DNA from: Chiloscyllium plagiosum
Lineage: Eukaryota
DNA length: 64,000 bases
Reading direction: 5' to 3'
Assembly: GCF_004010195.1 (NCBI RefSeq)
Contig: NC_057718.1
Span: 23,342,637 to 23,406,636 of the forward strand
Shown: in pieces, positions 48,027 to 61,037 of the stretch
Layout: every line of letters begins with the position of its first letter
Numbering within the stretch: the first letter of the stretch is position 1
The notes under the pieces: generated by a model
The model's database searches: none
Told to the model about the DNA's origin: nothing
What the model saw: only the letters and a program-made list of their open reading frames with translations
Program-made: the position numbers and the translations under genes

Positions 48027-48322
48027 GGGTGACACAGTGGCATAGTGGTTAGCACTGCTGCCATACAGCTCCAGGGACCCAGTTTTGATTCCCGCCTCGG
48101 GTGACTGTCTCGGGTGTTTGCACATTCTCCCCTTATCTGTGTGAGTTTCCTCCGGGTTCCGGTTTCCTCCCACAATTCAAAGATGTGCAGGTTAGGTGGA
48201 TTGGCCATGCTAAATTGTGCATGGTCAGGGGTAATTATAGGGTGGATTACTCTTCGGAAGGTCGGTGTGGACTTGTCAGGCTGAAGGGCCTGTTTCCATA
48301 CTGTAGGGAATCTAATCTAATC
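48027..48322 (+). mobile_element. HE1-type V-SINE
   Basis: tRNA-like head TGGCATAGTGGTTAGCACTG, V-domain TTTGCACATTCTCCCC...GGTTTCCTCCCAC..TCAAAGATGTGCAGGT, CR1-like tail ending AATCTAATCTAATC. Confidence 0.9.
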
Positions 48323-49186
48323 TGTTGTTTTGGTATATTCAGGGCAGAAAATGGAGCTTGAGTAACAAGAAGTAATGTGCTGCAAAACATTTCAAGGCTG
48401 TAAGACAGAATAGGAGTTGAACAATGCCCAGCTTTTGAAATCTGGCTCCATTAAATATTCTCCTGTTGCTATCAGATTCATATCAAGTCAACTTCCAAGC
48501 TTGGGTCAGTGCAAATGGAGGAATGCTGGATGATGTGGGCCGAGAGTAGCAATACTGAGGGATTATCTGAAATTCTCTCCTAAAATGTCGTGGATGGTAA
48601 AATACCTTCTAGTGAAGGAACTTTCAATGATGGGAGTTTCAGCAGTGAGACTGTCCTTGAGATTGATGACAGTAATCTCCAGACAGCAACAAATCATTAA
48701 AAGTAAGGCTTGAGCTCACCTGTTCCATTCTCATTTATCTCAGTTGTTCATTCTTGTTAATTTAAGACAAGCTGATAAATGGTTTTCTGTGCCTGCCCCA
48801 CTCCTGCTCTTCACCTCACTGCTTTGTAAATGGTTTCTATTATATCGTGAATGCTTAATTGGTTCTGGACTATGTGTCCTACAGTCATTTGTAGAATCGC
48901 ATCAATGTTTATCTAAAGATGCAAAATTAACATAGATCCCTTGGAGGCAAAGTGATGAGGAATTATAATGGAGAAGAATAACATAATCACTGAGATACTA
49001 AGCCAATACTTTGTAACTGTTTTCATGGTAGTAAGCACAAATATAAATTCTGAAAATAGTTGGGAACCAAATATCTTGTGTGAATGAGGAATTTAAGGGA
49101 AATTTGTATTAGCAATGGCTTGGTGCTAGAGAAATTATTGTGATTAAAAATAACATGCATGATTGGTGTAAAATTATTAGTTCATC

Positions 49187-49498
49187 ATAGAATCCATGCA
49201 GTGTGGATGCAGGCCATTCAGCCTATCAAGTCCACACCAGCCCTCCAAAGTGTAACCCATCCAGACCTGCCCTATCCTTGTAACCCTGCATTTCCCATGG
49301 CTAATCCACCTCGCCTGCATATCCCTGGACACCATGAGCAATTTAGCACAGCCAATCCATTTAATCTGCACATCTTTCGACTGTGGAAGGAAACTGAAGC
49401 AAATCAACACAGACACAGGGAAAATGTAAAGGTGCACACAGACAGAGCCCTGCAGGTGGAGTCAAACTCAGGTCCCTGGTGCTGTGAGCCACCGTGCC
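49187..49498 (-). mobile_element. HE1-type V-SINE
   Basis: Reverse complement is collinear with 48027-48322, with an internal duplicated segment. Confidence 0.85.
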
Positions 49499-50224
49499 AA
49501 CCCAAGATGCTTAAGGAAAACCTGCAGCCTTGCTCATCGCAGCCCCCACACCCAACACAACTTATAATAACACACATAATATCAAACACAGATATTGTGT
49601 ATTATTTCAAGAATTATGCATTCATAATCAAATATTAATTTTATACAGTAAAGGAAAAGTTTCTGTTCCTGCTTGCACGCTTTCATCATTCTCCAAATTT
49701 GACAGGAAACATAGGAGAGGAAATCCATGCTGTAATGCAAGGGAAATGCAAGAGGGACAGTGAAAGATTGCAGCATGTTGTTGTGCAGAGGGACATTGGA
49801 ATGTTTGTACATGAATCACTTAAAGTTGATTTGCAGGTGCAATGGGTCATTAGGAAGGCAAATGGAATATTGGCTAGAGGGATTGAATTTAAGAAAAGGG
49901 AAGTTCTGCTGCAATTTTACAAGGTGTTAGTCAGGCCATACCTGGAGTATTGTGCACAGTTCTGTTCTCCTTATTTGAGGAAGGATATGCTGGCTTTGGA
50001 GGTGGTGCAGAGGAGGTTCACAAAGTTGATTCTAGTGATGAGGGGATTACCCTATGAGGAGAGGTTGAATTGCCTGCGACTGTACTCACTAGAATTTAGA
50101 AAAATAACAGGGGATCTTATAAAAACATATGAAATTATGAAAAGGATAGACAAGATCGAGGCAGGCAAGTTGTTTCTGCTGGTGGGTGAGATTAGGAAAA
50201 GGGAACATGGCCTCAAGATTAAGG

Positions 50225-50420
50225 TGAGCTGAAAATGTGTTGCTGGAAAAGCACAGCAGGTCAGGCAGCATCCAAGGAACAGGAGAATCGACGTTTCGGG
50301 CATTAGCCCTTCTTCAGGTCGATTCTCGTCGATTCTCCTGTTCCTTGGATGCTGCCTGACCTGCTGCGCTTCTCCAGCAACACATTTTCTGATCTCCAGC
50401 ATCTGCAGTCCTCACTTTCT
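50225..50420. mobile_element. Complete fold-back Penelope-like element, family B, with exact 14-bp TSD
   Basis: CCTCAAGATTAAGG at 50211-50224 and 50421-50434; arms 50231-50292 and 50328-50389; 31-nt unpaired extension. Confidence 0.92.
50286..50318 (-). ncRNA. Minimal type-I hammerhead ribozyme motif (intact core)
   Basis: C-CTGAAGA-A-GGGC-TAAT-GCCC-GAAA-CG-TC-GATT, with palindromic ACGT and a GUC cleavage triplet; stem I shortened by the inversion junction. Confidence 0.75.
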
Positions 50421-50799
50421 CCTCAAGATTAAGGGGAGTAGATTTAGGACAGAGATGAAGAGGAACTGCTTTTCCCAGAGAGCAGTGATTCCATGGAATT
50501 CTCTGCCCAAGGAAGCAATGGAGGCAGTTTCATTAAATATATTCAAGACACAGTTGGTTGGGTTTTTGCATGTTCGGGGAATTAAGGGTTATGTGGTTAA
50601 TGCAGGTAGGTGGACCTGAGATAATGGATAGGTCAGCTATGATCTTAATGAATGGCGGAACAGGCTTGATGGGCCAAATGGCCTGCTCCTGCTTCTATTG
50701 CTATGAAATTATGAAATCTTCATGTCATTCAAAAATTTGTTCTTTTTCTGAATTTAAAATTTAACATTTAATCAAAATTAACGTTTAAATTCTAAATTT

Positions 50800-51413
50800 C
50801 ATTCAGCCTTTAGTAGTGTGAGAGTATAAGAGCTGGCAGGTTATGTTGAAAATGTATAAGACTTTGGTTTGGCCACATTTTGCATTTCTGGTCACCACAT
50901 TACCAAAAGGATGTGGACACTTTGGAGAGGGTGCAGAGAAGTTTACAAGGATTTTGCCTGGTATGGAAGGTGCTAGCTATGAAGAGAGGTTGAGTAGGTT
51001 AAGATTATTTTCATTAGAAAAAAGGAGATGGGGGGAGGGGGACCTGATTGAGGTCTACAAAATCATGAAGGGTATTGACAGGGTAGATAGAGATATGCTT
51101 TTTCCCAGCCTGAGGGATTCAATAACGAGAGGTCACATGTTCAAGGTGAGAGGGGAAAGGTTTAAGGGGGATATATGAGGCAAGTACTTTACGCAGAGCG
51201 TGGTAGGTGCCTGGAACACATTGCCAGCAAAGGTGGTAGAGGCAGGCACGGTAGATTCATTTAGGTACATCTGGACAGATGCATGAGTAGGTGGGGAGCA
51301 GAGGGATACAGATGCTTAGGAATTGCTCAATAGGTTTAGACAGTGGATTTGGATCGGTTCAGGCTTGGAGAGCGGAAGGGCCTGTTCCTGGGCTGTATGT
51401 TTTCTTTGTTCTT
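50800..51413 (+). mobile_element. 5'-truncated CR1 LINE
   Basis: ORF 50843-51178 (FTRILPGMEG...GDLIEVYKIMKG). Confidence 0.92.
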
Positions 51414-51429
51414 AGTAGAATATAAGCTC

Positions 51430-51985
51430 CTCACAGGTGAGCAGTTGAAGTTAATTGGTAGTTAGGAAACGAGCGTAAACTGTGTTCTGCCTGGACTGAG
51501 CTGGGTCTTCTATTTCATGGCATATAAATAGAGACACCTCATTGCAGTTTAGCACTGAGTGTGAACAGAGAGCTAGGAATTGGGTGAGTCAGGTGGTTAG
51601 GGGAAGATGGGAAGGAGGTACTCCTTAGCTTTTTCTACCTTTTTCATCCTGTAACAATTGGTTTCTCCTCTACTACAGGGGAAGAAGCTAACCATTCATG
51701 AGTACCTGGTAAGTGATTAAAGTCAATTCCAGTCCGAATGTTTAAAACATCACAAAACCAATGGTAGGATGAATAAAATAACAATAAAGCAAAATAAATG
51801 ATTAAATAAAACAATAAAGTATTTAATTAGAGCACATTAATGGCAGACGAGTTATGTGTCACCAGTGACGTTGGTGCTTCTGGATGCCAGTATGATCCAG
51901 GGCAAATAGGTGCAGTCAGTATTTGTGGCCGAATGAGCTTCCATTCAGTGTCATTGAGCTAAAGGTTGAGCTGCTGATACAGCAA
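51430..51985 (+). mobile_element. Isolated CR1 5' end (5'UTR plus ORF1 N-terminus), decayed
   Basis: About 51840-51985 translates, with frameshifts, LDASMIQGK..CSQYLWPNELPFSVIELKVELL, resembling the zinc finger/zipper of ORF1 at 3376-3612. Confidence 0.55.
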
Positions 51986-52409
51986 GAGATGACTGCAGAA
52001 TAAGAGCAAAGATGTCTTACTACAATTATGTAGGACTCTGCTAAGATTACATTGGAAAGGCTGTGCACAGATTTGGCTCTGAATTTCCCTTCTGACTATG
52101 TAAATGTAAGCCAGAACTGTCTGGCCTAATGATCTGATCCTGTTGGTGGTAGTGGTGGTGAGGTGGGAGGGGATGCAGTTGGGGGAGTAGGATTCATCAT
52201 TAACTCAGTGGGATACTTATGAGATCCCCCCCCCCCCCTTCACTGAATGGACTTGAAGAGAGATTCACCATTCAATTAAAAATGGTGGGAGGGCTCTTGA
52301 AAGTGGAAAGCCAATGAGAGGCATTTCCATTTGATAGGAGAAACAGGCATGTAATAAAGATAAACAAGAGAGATTAAGGTGCCTTCGCTCCTGACAACCT
52401 GGGAATCCA

Positions 52410-53095
52410 GAACCAGGGGTCACTGTATGAAGGATATGGAATAAGCCATTAAAAAATGAGATGGCCTGTGGAATTTTCTCCAGCACAAATGAATTGAAGC
52501 CAAAATATTGCATATTTTCAAGAAGGAGTTTAATATTGTTCTCAGGGCTAAAGGGTTCAAAGGATATGGGTAGAAAGTAGGAACAGAGGACTGAGTTGGA
52601 TGATCAGCCATTGGCATCAACCAGTTTGTGTGGGACAAAATTCTACAGGCTCCCCATACTCTCTGAGTGAAGAAACTTCTCATCATCGTGGGTTCTTTAA
52701 TGATCTAATCCATACTCTTTCAACTGTGACCCCAGTTTCAGGATTCCCAGGTTATCAGGTGTAACCTTCCTGTCTTTACCCTGTGTAATCCTGTTAGAAT
52801 TTTATAGATTTCCATGAGATCCCCCCTCATTCTTTTGAATGCCAATGAATATATTCCTAACCGATCCAGTATCTCTTCATACTTCAGACTTATCAACCCA
52901 GAAATCAGTCTGGTAAAACTTTGTCCCACTGCCTCCACGACCATAAGTCATTCCTCAGATAAGACTAAAACTGAACACGATACTCCAGTGTGGTCTCACC
53001 AACACCGTCTTTAATTGCAGAAAGACATCCCTCCGTCTGGACTCAAATCCTCTCACAATGAAAACCAACATGCCATTTGCCTTCTTCACTACTTT
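52410..53095. mobile_element. Opposed CR1 3' fragments (+ 52410-52615; - 52620-53095)
   Basis: ORFs 52738-52944 (RMRGDLMEIYKILTGL) and 52420-52686 (RSFFTQRV). Confidence 0.8.
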
Positions 53096-55760
53096 CCACA
53101 CCCACATACAACCCAGTACAGGTTACCATTGCTATACTGATGTGTAATGCTGTACTGTCCCTGCTATTGCAATGCTGTAAAGCTGCCCAGCCAATAAACC
53201 CATAAAATGTTTACTAGAAAGAAATTGAACTGTATATCATGCTACATGTTAGTGTCACCATACAAATAGAATTTTGTTCATTAGCATAAATAGTTAATGC
53301 TGAATCATTTCCATCCTCAAAGTCAGGTTACGCTGCTGAGGCAGAGTCTCCCTTATAGTTCAGTTCAGGCAAGTTATCTATTTAATAGCAGTTCACCAAT
53401 TGCCATCATTAATTTTACAAGTAGCTGTTTGGCTGATTTTTCTGAGCAGCAGTGCACAATTTGGACAGTTGGTTAAATGCGGTGCTGTGGGCAATTCCAG
53501 ATTTTGATCACATTTCAGGCTCAGTGCAAGTCAATATTGGAGAGCTGGCAGATGTAATTGAAGTAGTGTTTCAATGTGATGGTTTGCATTTGATTCTCTT
53601 ATGATTGAGGTGAAGACAGCTGTTGAGAAAGTAATGGACCATTTCTCTGCAGAGGGAAGCTAAAATGATTCCTAATCAGGAGGTGAAACAAGGGTTACAG
53701 GGAAAGGGCAGGAAAGTGGATGTGAGGTATGTTGGATCAACCACTGTCCTGTTGAATGGTGATGCAGCCTCAAGGGGCTGGATGGCAGACTCCTGTTCCT
53801 ATTTCGATGGTCTTATGGTCTTAGTTTAGAGATTATCCTCCTGCAGAACTTCACCTGTGAAAAGATTTAGACTTTGAGTTAAGATTTATGACTGGCGTAA
53901 TGCATCGTTATGATGAGAATTTTAAGAATTTTATTGAATTTCTTAATCATATAGAGGTTTAAACATATCAATTGGATGCATAATGCGCATTGGATCCAAC
54001 TTTTAAAGGTGATTTTGCTGAAAATCATTGGTTTTTCACAATTGTTTTCCTGATAGTATAATCAAATATTAAACTCCTAACCTGTTGAGATACTTGCCTA
54101 GTCCTTTAGAAGCATCTGTAAAGATTAGAAATTCTGTTGTTTTCTGTTGTTACCCACCCACCTTCACTCATATACCCTGACTTCTTAAAATCTCACACGG
54201 TGCCTCTCTCTCTCTCTCTTACTCCCATTTCTTAATCTCTCTATATTCTATTCTCTCTCTTCACTTCCTTCTTTCTCCACATCTCTCAGGGGTGCAGAGA
54301 GATTTAGCCATTCAGGGTAGTGAGAAGTATTCTTTAACTCTTTTAGCACCACTATTGTCTCACGTCTTCTTTCTTCAGGCCTAATGTCATATCTCTACAC
54401 TTCGTGTTTACGTTACTTTCTCTCCACTCTCTTTCTGTCAGCCTCTATCATTGCTATTCACTTATTTTCCTTTCATTTCTATTGACAGATCATATCTCTA
54501 AATCCCCCAACCTGTATCCAAATTGTCTTGTGCCTCATTCTCTTTAAGTGTTAGTCAGGAAACTGGTGAAATGATTTCAACAGTGAAATTATTGAATGAC
54601 TCCAGGCCATCATGTAATGGAAGCGGGCAGGAGTGAAGTCTAAAATGAAGCAGCTGTTGCTTCAACATTTCTGAAATATGTGTTGCTTGACAGTAAAATC
54701 AATGGTGCATGTTGAAGCCTGAGGAAATTTACATTCCATGAGTAGATCTGATTCTGATGTTAGTCTTTAATAAAGAGAGCGCCTTCTTGAACCTTTCCCA
54801 TTATGTCTTGAAGAGGAGGGTATATTACAGTGGATTTTTGCTAGCGCCACAATGTTTATGCAACTTGTATGCAATTGCATAGAAGGGATGACAATTCTTT
54901 CATTACATAGTGACTGACAATATTTATACCCTTTCTATTCTCCTACAAGCTTGAGACAGTTGGCTTATGATTACCTCATCTGATGTCCTGAGAACTTTGT
55001 TAAAAATTCACTGTGTGCAGGGTTTGATTTATTCTGGTTTGGACTTTGATTGATAACTTGAGATAGGACATACATTGCAATGTAAAGGGAAGCAATCCTC
55101 ATTTACACATTAAAAGCAGTACTGCTTATAAATCTATCTTTTGAATGTCCCATCATTGACTGTTGGAAGCTCTAGTACTTGATGTATGCGATAGATGAAA
55201 TAAATCAAAGTCTTTGCCACTCATTCTTTGCAATGTTTGTGCCCTACTTCAAAGCAGTAAGGAATCAGAACAGATATTTCTTTGAAAAGCTGTCACAGAT
55301 AGAAACCAGTATTATAGTTATGCCTTCAGACAAATCTTTGGCTTTAAAGGATTGTGCTAAAATGCTAAGAATACTTCTAAAGTGTGTGAAAATGGTAATT
55401 CAGGTCGGTTTCATGACCAGAAAAATTATTGCAAATTGCTAATAATTTACATACAGGTCAAGACTCTCAGTCTTGACATTTCACAGAAGGAGGTGATATT
55501 AGTATGAATCTACTGGGAGTGTATATCAGGGAGAGAATGGGAATGTCAGTCCAAGCTTGTGCATCAATTTGCATTTTCAGATTTTTAATTGAGAACTGGT
55601 GCAAACTTGAAGTGGACCATTTGACCTCTCGAGTCTGTTTTGTCTCGCAGTTGGATCCCAGTTGAGAGGAAGAGTAGGCAGTTACAGCTTCCCTAGAATC
55701 ACTGAAGCAAACTTGTCTGCAACTAACAATCAGCACCCACTGGACCTCACTGTCAGAAAG

Positions 55761-57424
55761 TAGAACATAGAACATAGAAAAGTACAGCACAGGACAGGTC
55801 CTTCGGCCCACGATGTTGTGCCAAGGATTATTCCTAATCTAAAATAAAATAATTTAACCTACGCACCCCTCAACTCACTGCTGTCCACGTACATGTCCAG
55901 TAGTCGCTTTAATGTCCCTAATGACTCTGCTTCCACCACCACGGCTGGCAACGCCTTCCATGCATTCACAACTCTCTGCGTAGAGAACCTACCTCTGATG
56001 TCTCCTCGATACCTTCCTCCCAATTATCTTGAAACTATGACCCCCCATACCAGTCAATCCTGTCCTGGGGAAAAGTCTCTGGCTATTGACGTGATCTATT
56101 CCTCTCATTATCTTGCACACCTCGATCAGGTCACCTCTCTTCCTCCTTCTCGCCAGAGAGAAAAGTCCGAGCTTAGTGAACCTCCCTTCATAAGACAAGC
56201 CCTCCAGTCCAGGCAGCATTCTAGTAGACCTCCTTTATGCCCTCTCCAAAGCCTCTGTATCTTTCCTATAGTAGGGCAACCAGAACTGGACACAATATTC
56301 CAAGTGTGGTCTCACCAGGGTCTTGTAGAGCTGCAGCAAAACCTCATGGCTCTTAAACTCGGTCCCCCTGTTAATGAAAGCCAAAATACCATATCCTTTC
56401 TTAACAACCCTATCCACTTGGGTGGCAACTTTGAGCGATCGATGCACTTGTACACTCAGATCCCTCTGTTCCTCCACACTGCCAAGAATCCTGTCTTTAA
56501 TCCTATTTTCAACATTCAAGTTCGAACTTCCAAAATGCATCACTTCACATTTATCCAGGTTGAACTCCATCTGCCATTTCTCAGCTCCCAGCTCTGTATC
56601 CTGTCTATGTCGCGCTGCAGCCTGCAATAGCCCTTGATACAATCAACGGCACCTCCAACCTTTGTGTCATCGGCAAATTTACGAACCCACCCCTCAACCT
56701 CCTCATCCAAGTCATTGATAAAAACTACAAAGAACAGAGGCCCAAGAACAGAGCCCTGCGGGACCCCACCTCACCACTGACCTCTAGGCAGAATACTTTC
56801 CATCTACAACCACTCTCTGCCTTCTGTCAGCCAACCAATTCTGAATCCAGACAGCCAAAGCTCCCTGTATCCCATATTTTCTGACTTTATGAATGAGCGT
56901 ACCATGGGGAACCTTATCAAATGCCTCGCTGAAGCCCATATACACCACATCCAGTGCTCGACCTTCATCAACCTGTCTTGTCACCTCCTCAAAGAACCCA
57001 GTACGATTTGTGAGGCATGACCTGCCCCTCACAAAGCCATGCTGACTGCCTTGAATCATGCTATGCTATGCTTTTCTAAATAGTCATAAATCTTATCCCT
57101 CAGAATTTTTTCCAAAACCTTGTTGACCACAGACATAAGACTGACTGGTCTGTAATTGCCAGGGATTTCCCTATTCCCCTTCTTGAAAAGAGGAACAACA
57201 TTCGCCTCCCTCCAATCCTCCGGTATGACTCCCGTGGAGAGTGAGGGAGCAAAGATCTTCGCCAGCGGTTTAGCAACCTCCTTTCTCACTTCCCGGAGCA
57301 AGGATAAATCTGGTCTGGCCCTGGGGACTTATCAATCTTAATGTTTGCCAAAATTTCCCGCAGATCATCTTCATCAATCTTGTTCAAGCTTGTTTCCCTC
57401 CTCAAAGTTCTCATTCACAACAAG
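55761..57424 (-). mobile_element. 5'-truncated CR1 LINE (1.66 kb, most of RT)
   Basis: DWREANVVPLFKKG..PGNYRPVSL, QHGFVRGRSCLTN, AFDKVPH, KFADDTKVGG, LEYCVQFW; tail (TAGAACA)n at 55761. Confidence 0.96.
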
Positions 57425-57879
57425 TATTTGAAATCTTTGTTCATTGCCTAATAAATATCATAAGGGTATTGTTGTGCTTTTGTGCAGATTTCAGACCAGA
57501 GAGGTAATGTACCTTTAAGACAGTTAGATGATACCACAGCATATGAGATTCCTGTGTAAGATGCCGACCTGACCATCAGTAGGCAGTACCATTATCATCA
57601 GTACATGGGTAGGGAACAAGAGTAGCTCTATGAGCGTGCTCCACCAACCAATACCAACATGGCTGATCTGATTTTAACCTCAACTCTGATCTGATTTTAA
57701 CCTCAATGTGCATTCTTGCACATCTGCACAAATCCAATATTTTCTTATGCTATTGGTCATCAAAAATCTATCTACCACTACCTTAGTCTCTTTTTTTCTC
57801 TGGGGAACTTTCACAGTCTGATCCACTTGTTCCTCCTCCCCCACTGTCTACTGCACAATAGCTGACATTTTCCAGTTTC

Positions 57880-57990
57880 TTTCAGTTCCAAAGAAGAGTG
57901 TTAATAGACTCGAAACATTCACTCTGATTCTCTCTCCACAGAAGCTGTCAGGCCTATTGAGTTTCTCCAGCACATTATGCTTTTGTTCGA
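57880..57990 (+). mobile_element. Decayed family C-like arm
   Basis: CAGTTCCAAAGAAGAGT..TAGACTCGAAACATTCACTCTG...GAGTTTCTCCAGCAC. Confidence 0.65.
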
Positions 57991-59384
57991 CAGCAATGCA
58001 CCCTTGGCCAGCCTGATCCAAGGTTGCCATGCAGGTAATTGTAATCTCAGACATCTAGAGAAATGCCCATAAACCCAATAAAGGATCAAGGTCAATGATC
58101 TTCCCCATTCAGCCAAACTTAATGCTATATTTTCTTTCTTTTACCTCACACTGACTCCATCTCTGCCACTGCAGTCATCTCCAGTCAAGACTCATGCTTT
58201 ACATTCACTATTACATGCAATATCTACCCTCACTCACCCTCACACACCTCGACCTCAACCTCCCTCCTGACCCTGTGTGGCCTCTGTGCTGTCTAGCTGT
58301 CATTCAAAGCACCTCACAACATTTCTCCCACCAGCACCGGTGCTAATTGCTTTCCCATCCACTTTGATCTCAATTAATCCCTCTCTCTCTTTCATTCTGA
58401 GAGACCACAGCCCTCTGTGTGGCAGAAAGAGCTGAGACAGATTGTGAGCTGCCTGAGATTTATCTCCTCCCAGTCTTTGAGAAGAGTAACCTGACAGCCC
58501 TGAATGGCTGACTGACCAAGCCTCAGAACAGATACCAGAGGATGACCTTGACATTCTGTGCCAGGACCCCCTGACGGAAGGCTGTCTTCACTTGACTTGA
58601 CTTGAGAACCTGTGACAACTACAAAACACATCTTGGTATTGCATCTGTGTTAAATGGAAAGACAAAACAGAAATAATTTGAGACGGGTATCTCCAACAGG
58701 GTGGGGGTCTAAGTGCATGGTAGCCAAGTACAAAAAAGGCAAGGCAGGTGAAAATAAGGCAGGGTGGGTCAGCCCTGAGGTGAGTGAGTGCTAACGCAGT
58801 GAGGTGTGTAACCCTGTAACACAGCCTGGTCCAATCCAGGAGCTCGGGGCATGACCCTGTGCTCAATCTTTCCTTGCAGCAGCATTGAGAAACTAGTCGC
58901 TGGTGCACCCCAAAGCACAGCTTTAATGTGCAGAAGAATCCTGTAAGTGATCATGGAGGTGCCGTGAAGGTTCTGAGGAGCTGGCAGTGTCCTTGCCCAT
59001 GGGCTGAATGTGACCGGTGGCCTGCAGTGTACTCTGAGACATTGTTTCCCAGTGTCCCAGATGGATGCCCAGAAGAGCCTGCTCTGAATTTCACCCACCT
59101 ACTATGATGTATTTTACTTCACTGAAGCAACTCAGGTCAGTGTTTCTATCCTACGATTATTGTGCAGAGTAAGTGTCCAGTACTAGTAGCACCAGGGAAT
59201 GCTCACCAGGGGCAACAGTGAAACAAAGATCACTTTGGAGACTCAGATTGAGCTGCTGCTGGCTGCTTAGAGAATACACAGTAAGGAGGCACTCTAAATC
59301 AGAGGTAAGAACTCAAAGTTTCATAAGCCAGCTCTAAAGTCAAGAACACTAAGTGAACTCTAATTGATATTTATTGACAATTAG

Positions 59385-59552
59385 TTAGCGTATTCTCTAT
59401 GGCAATGGTTCTACCAGTCAGCCACTTGGCAACCATCAGCACTGTCCTTTCACAAAGTGTAAATGTTGGGTCTTTTCACCCTTAAATTAGTATTCACATT
59501 GTGAGTTGTCCTGATGAAAATCTTCAATGATAAATGTTTTTTTTTCAGCAAC
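59385..59552 (+). mobile_element. Family E repeat copy
   Basis: Collinear with 13400-13570; retains GTCCTGATGA. Confidence 0.5.
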
Positions 59553-60532
59553 AGTTGTAATAAGAATTGCACCGAGCAGGCTGTTGAGTCACAAGGTTAT
59601 AATTGTCAATTGGTGCATGCTCACATCCATAAAACTGATAATATTTGAGCTGGCATCTGCAGGGGGGAATGACTAGAGCTATCAAATCGCTGGCAAAGTC
59701 CAGCTGGTTCAATGAAGGTAATATGTGAACAGTAGGTTTGAAATACTACTTTGTCATTCAAAACACAAGATTTTCTGTTTCAAAAGTCAGCTGTAGAATT
59801 GTGATTTTTCATGAATAGTAGACAATGGAATTGTGGGTAATTTCATGGAACACCAGTAAAAGGGAATCTCAACTGATAAATGATGAATGTGTAAGCCGTT
59901 TATATTTGTAAGATTGGAATTGTAAATGAATTTACAATTGAAGGTTGAGATCCATCAGATGATGGTGAAGATTCTGATATCTCATTTTAAAAATGACATT
60001 TGACTAGTTTAAGCAGCAGTAATTATCACCTCCAATAAGTTGGATTTGCTTTACTTATGTAAGTTCTTCACAATCATTAACTAAGTGTAGCACTTATGTC
60101 GAACTGAATCATCTCCTGACAGTTTGTAGTACCAAACAGTAATTGAAAACACTTCACCCATCACATTCTTGCAGTCTTGTGACAAGAGCAAAAAATGTCA
60201 GAATAAGGAAAGGAGTAAACGTGAAGTAATCACTGCTTTCATTGAATTGAGAATTGGACAAAGTTCATTTTAATTCAGAGAACGTGTAGGAATTGTGTCA
60301 GGAGGTATATCTTCAAACAGGACATTCAACACTTGGAATGGGTATCTGGGCAGACTAATGGAGGCTAGAACCCACACAAATTGGTAAGGGCAAAGTAGAT
60401 GGAGCAATGAAGGAGTGTGGATTTGTTATGGTTGAGTGAATTAAGATGGACAAAATGGCTTCTTGTCTTTGTCACAAATGCATCATATACTAGCTGAGCC
60501 AAACTGTCTGTTTTATGCCGCATGTCCAATAT

Positions 60533-61003
60533 ATTTCTATGTTTACAAGGATGCTGCCAGGATTGGAGGGTTTGAGCTTTGGGGAGAGGCTGAATGCACT
60601 GGGGCTATTTTTCATGGAGTGTTGGAGGCTGAGGGGAGACCTTATAGAGATTGAGAAAATCATAAGGGGTAATAGACAAGTTATTTTCCCTAGGGTGGGG
60701 GAGGCCAAAACTAGACTGCGTAGGTTTAAGGTGAGTGGGGAAAAATTTAAAAGGGACCTAAGGGACAAACTTTTCATGCAGAGGGTGGTGTATGTATGGA
60801 CTAAGCTGCCAGAGGAAGTGGTGGAGGCTGGTACAATTACAACATTTAGAAGGCATCTGAATGGGTTTATGAATAGGAAAACATTGGAGGGGTATGAGCC
60901 AAATGGGCCTAGATTGGATTGGGATATCTGGTCGGCATGGGTGACTTGGACCGAAGGGTCTGTTTCCGTGCTGTACAGCTCTATGACTCTATGTACCCTA
61001 TGA
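60533..61003 (+). mobile_element. CR1 3' fragment
   Basis: ORF 60515-61003; tail CTCTATGACTCTATG. Confidence 0.93.
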
Positions 61004-61037
61004 TTGAAAAACCATCTGTCTCCACCTGTCTGCCTTT

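Larger units (their letters stand above)
49765..50710 (+). mobile_element. 5'-truncated CR1 LINE interrupted by a hammerhead element
   Basis: ORF 49699-50232 is CR1 RT C-terminus; the sequence resumes at 50435. Confidence 0.92.

Noticed and set aside
48027..48100. tRNA genes at SINE heads (also 15281, 43360, 63486)
   Set aside because: A/B-box-like motifs continue into SINE bodies; no complete cloverleaf is evident.
48460..48720. Candidate host exon after TTCTCCTGTTGCTATCAG
   Set aside because: All three frames hit stops within about 110 nt and no peptide was recognised.
55893..56630. 245-aa ORF and similar (37263-37853, 12827-13174, 389-688)
   Set aside because: Antisense shadows of CR1 ORF2.
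57663..57706. 21-bp direct repeat CTGATCTGATTTTAACCTCAA
   Set aside because: Simple slippage duplication within a decayed CR1 tail.
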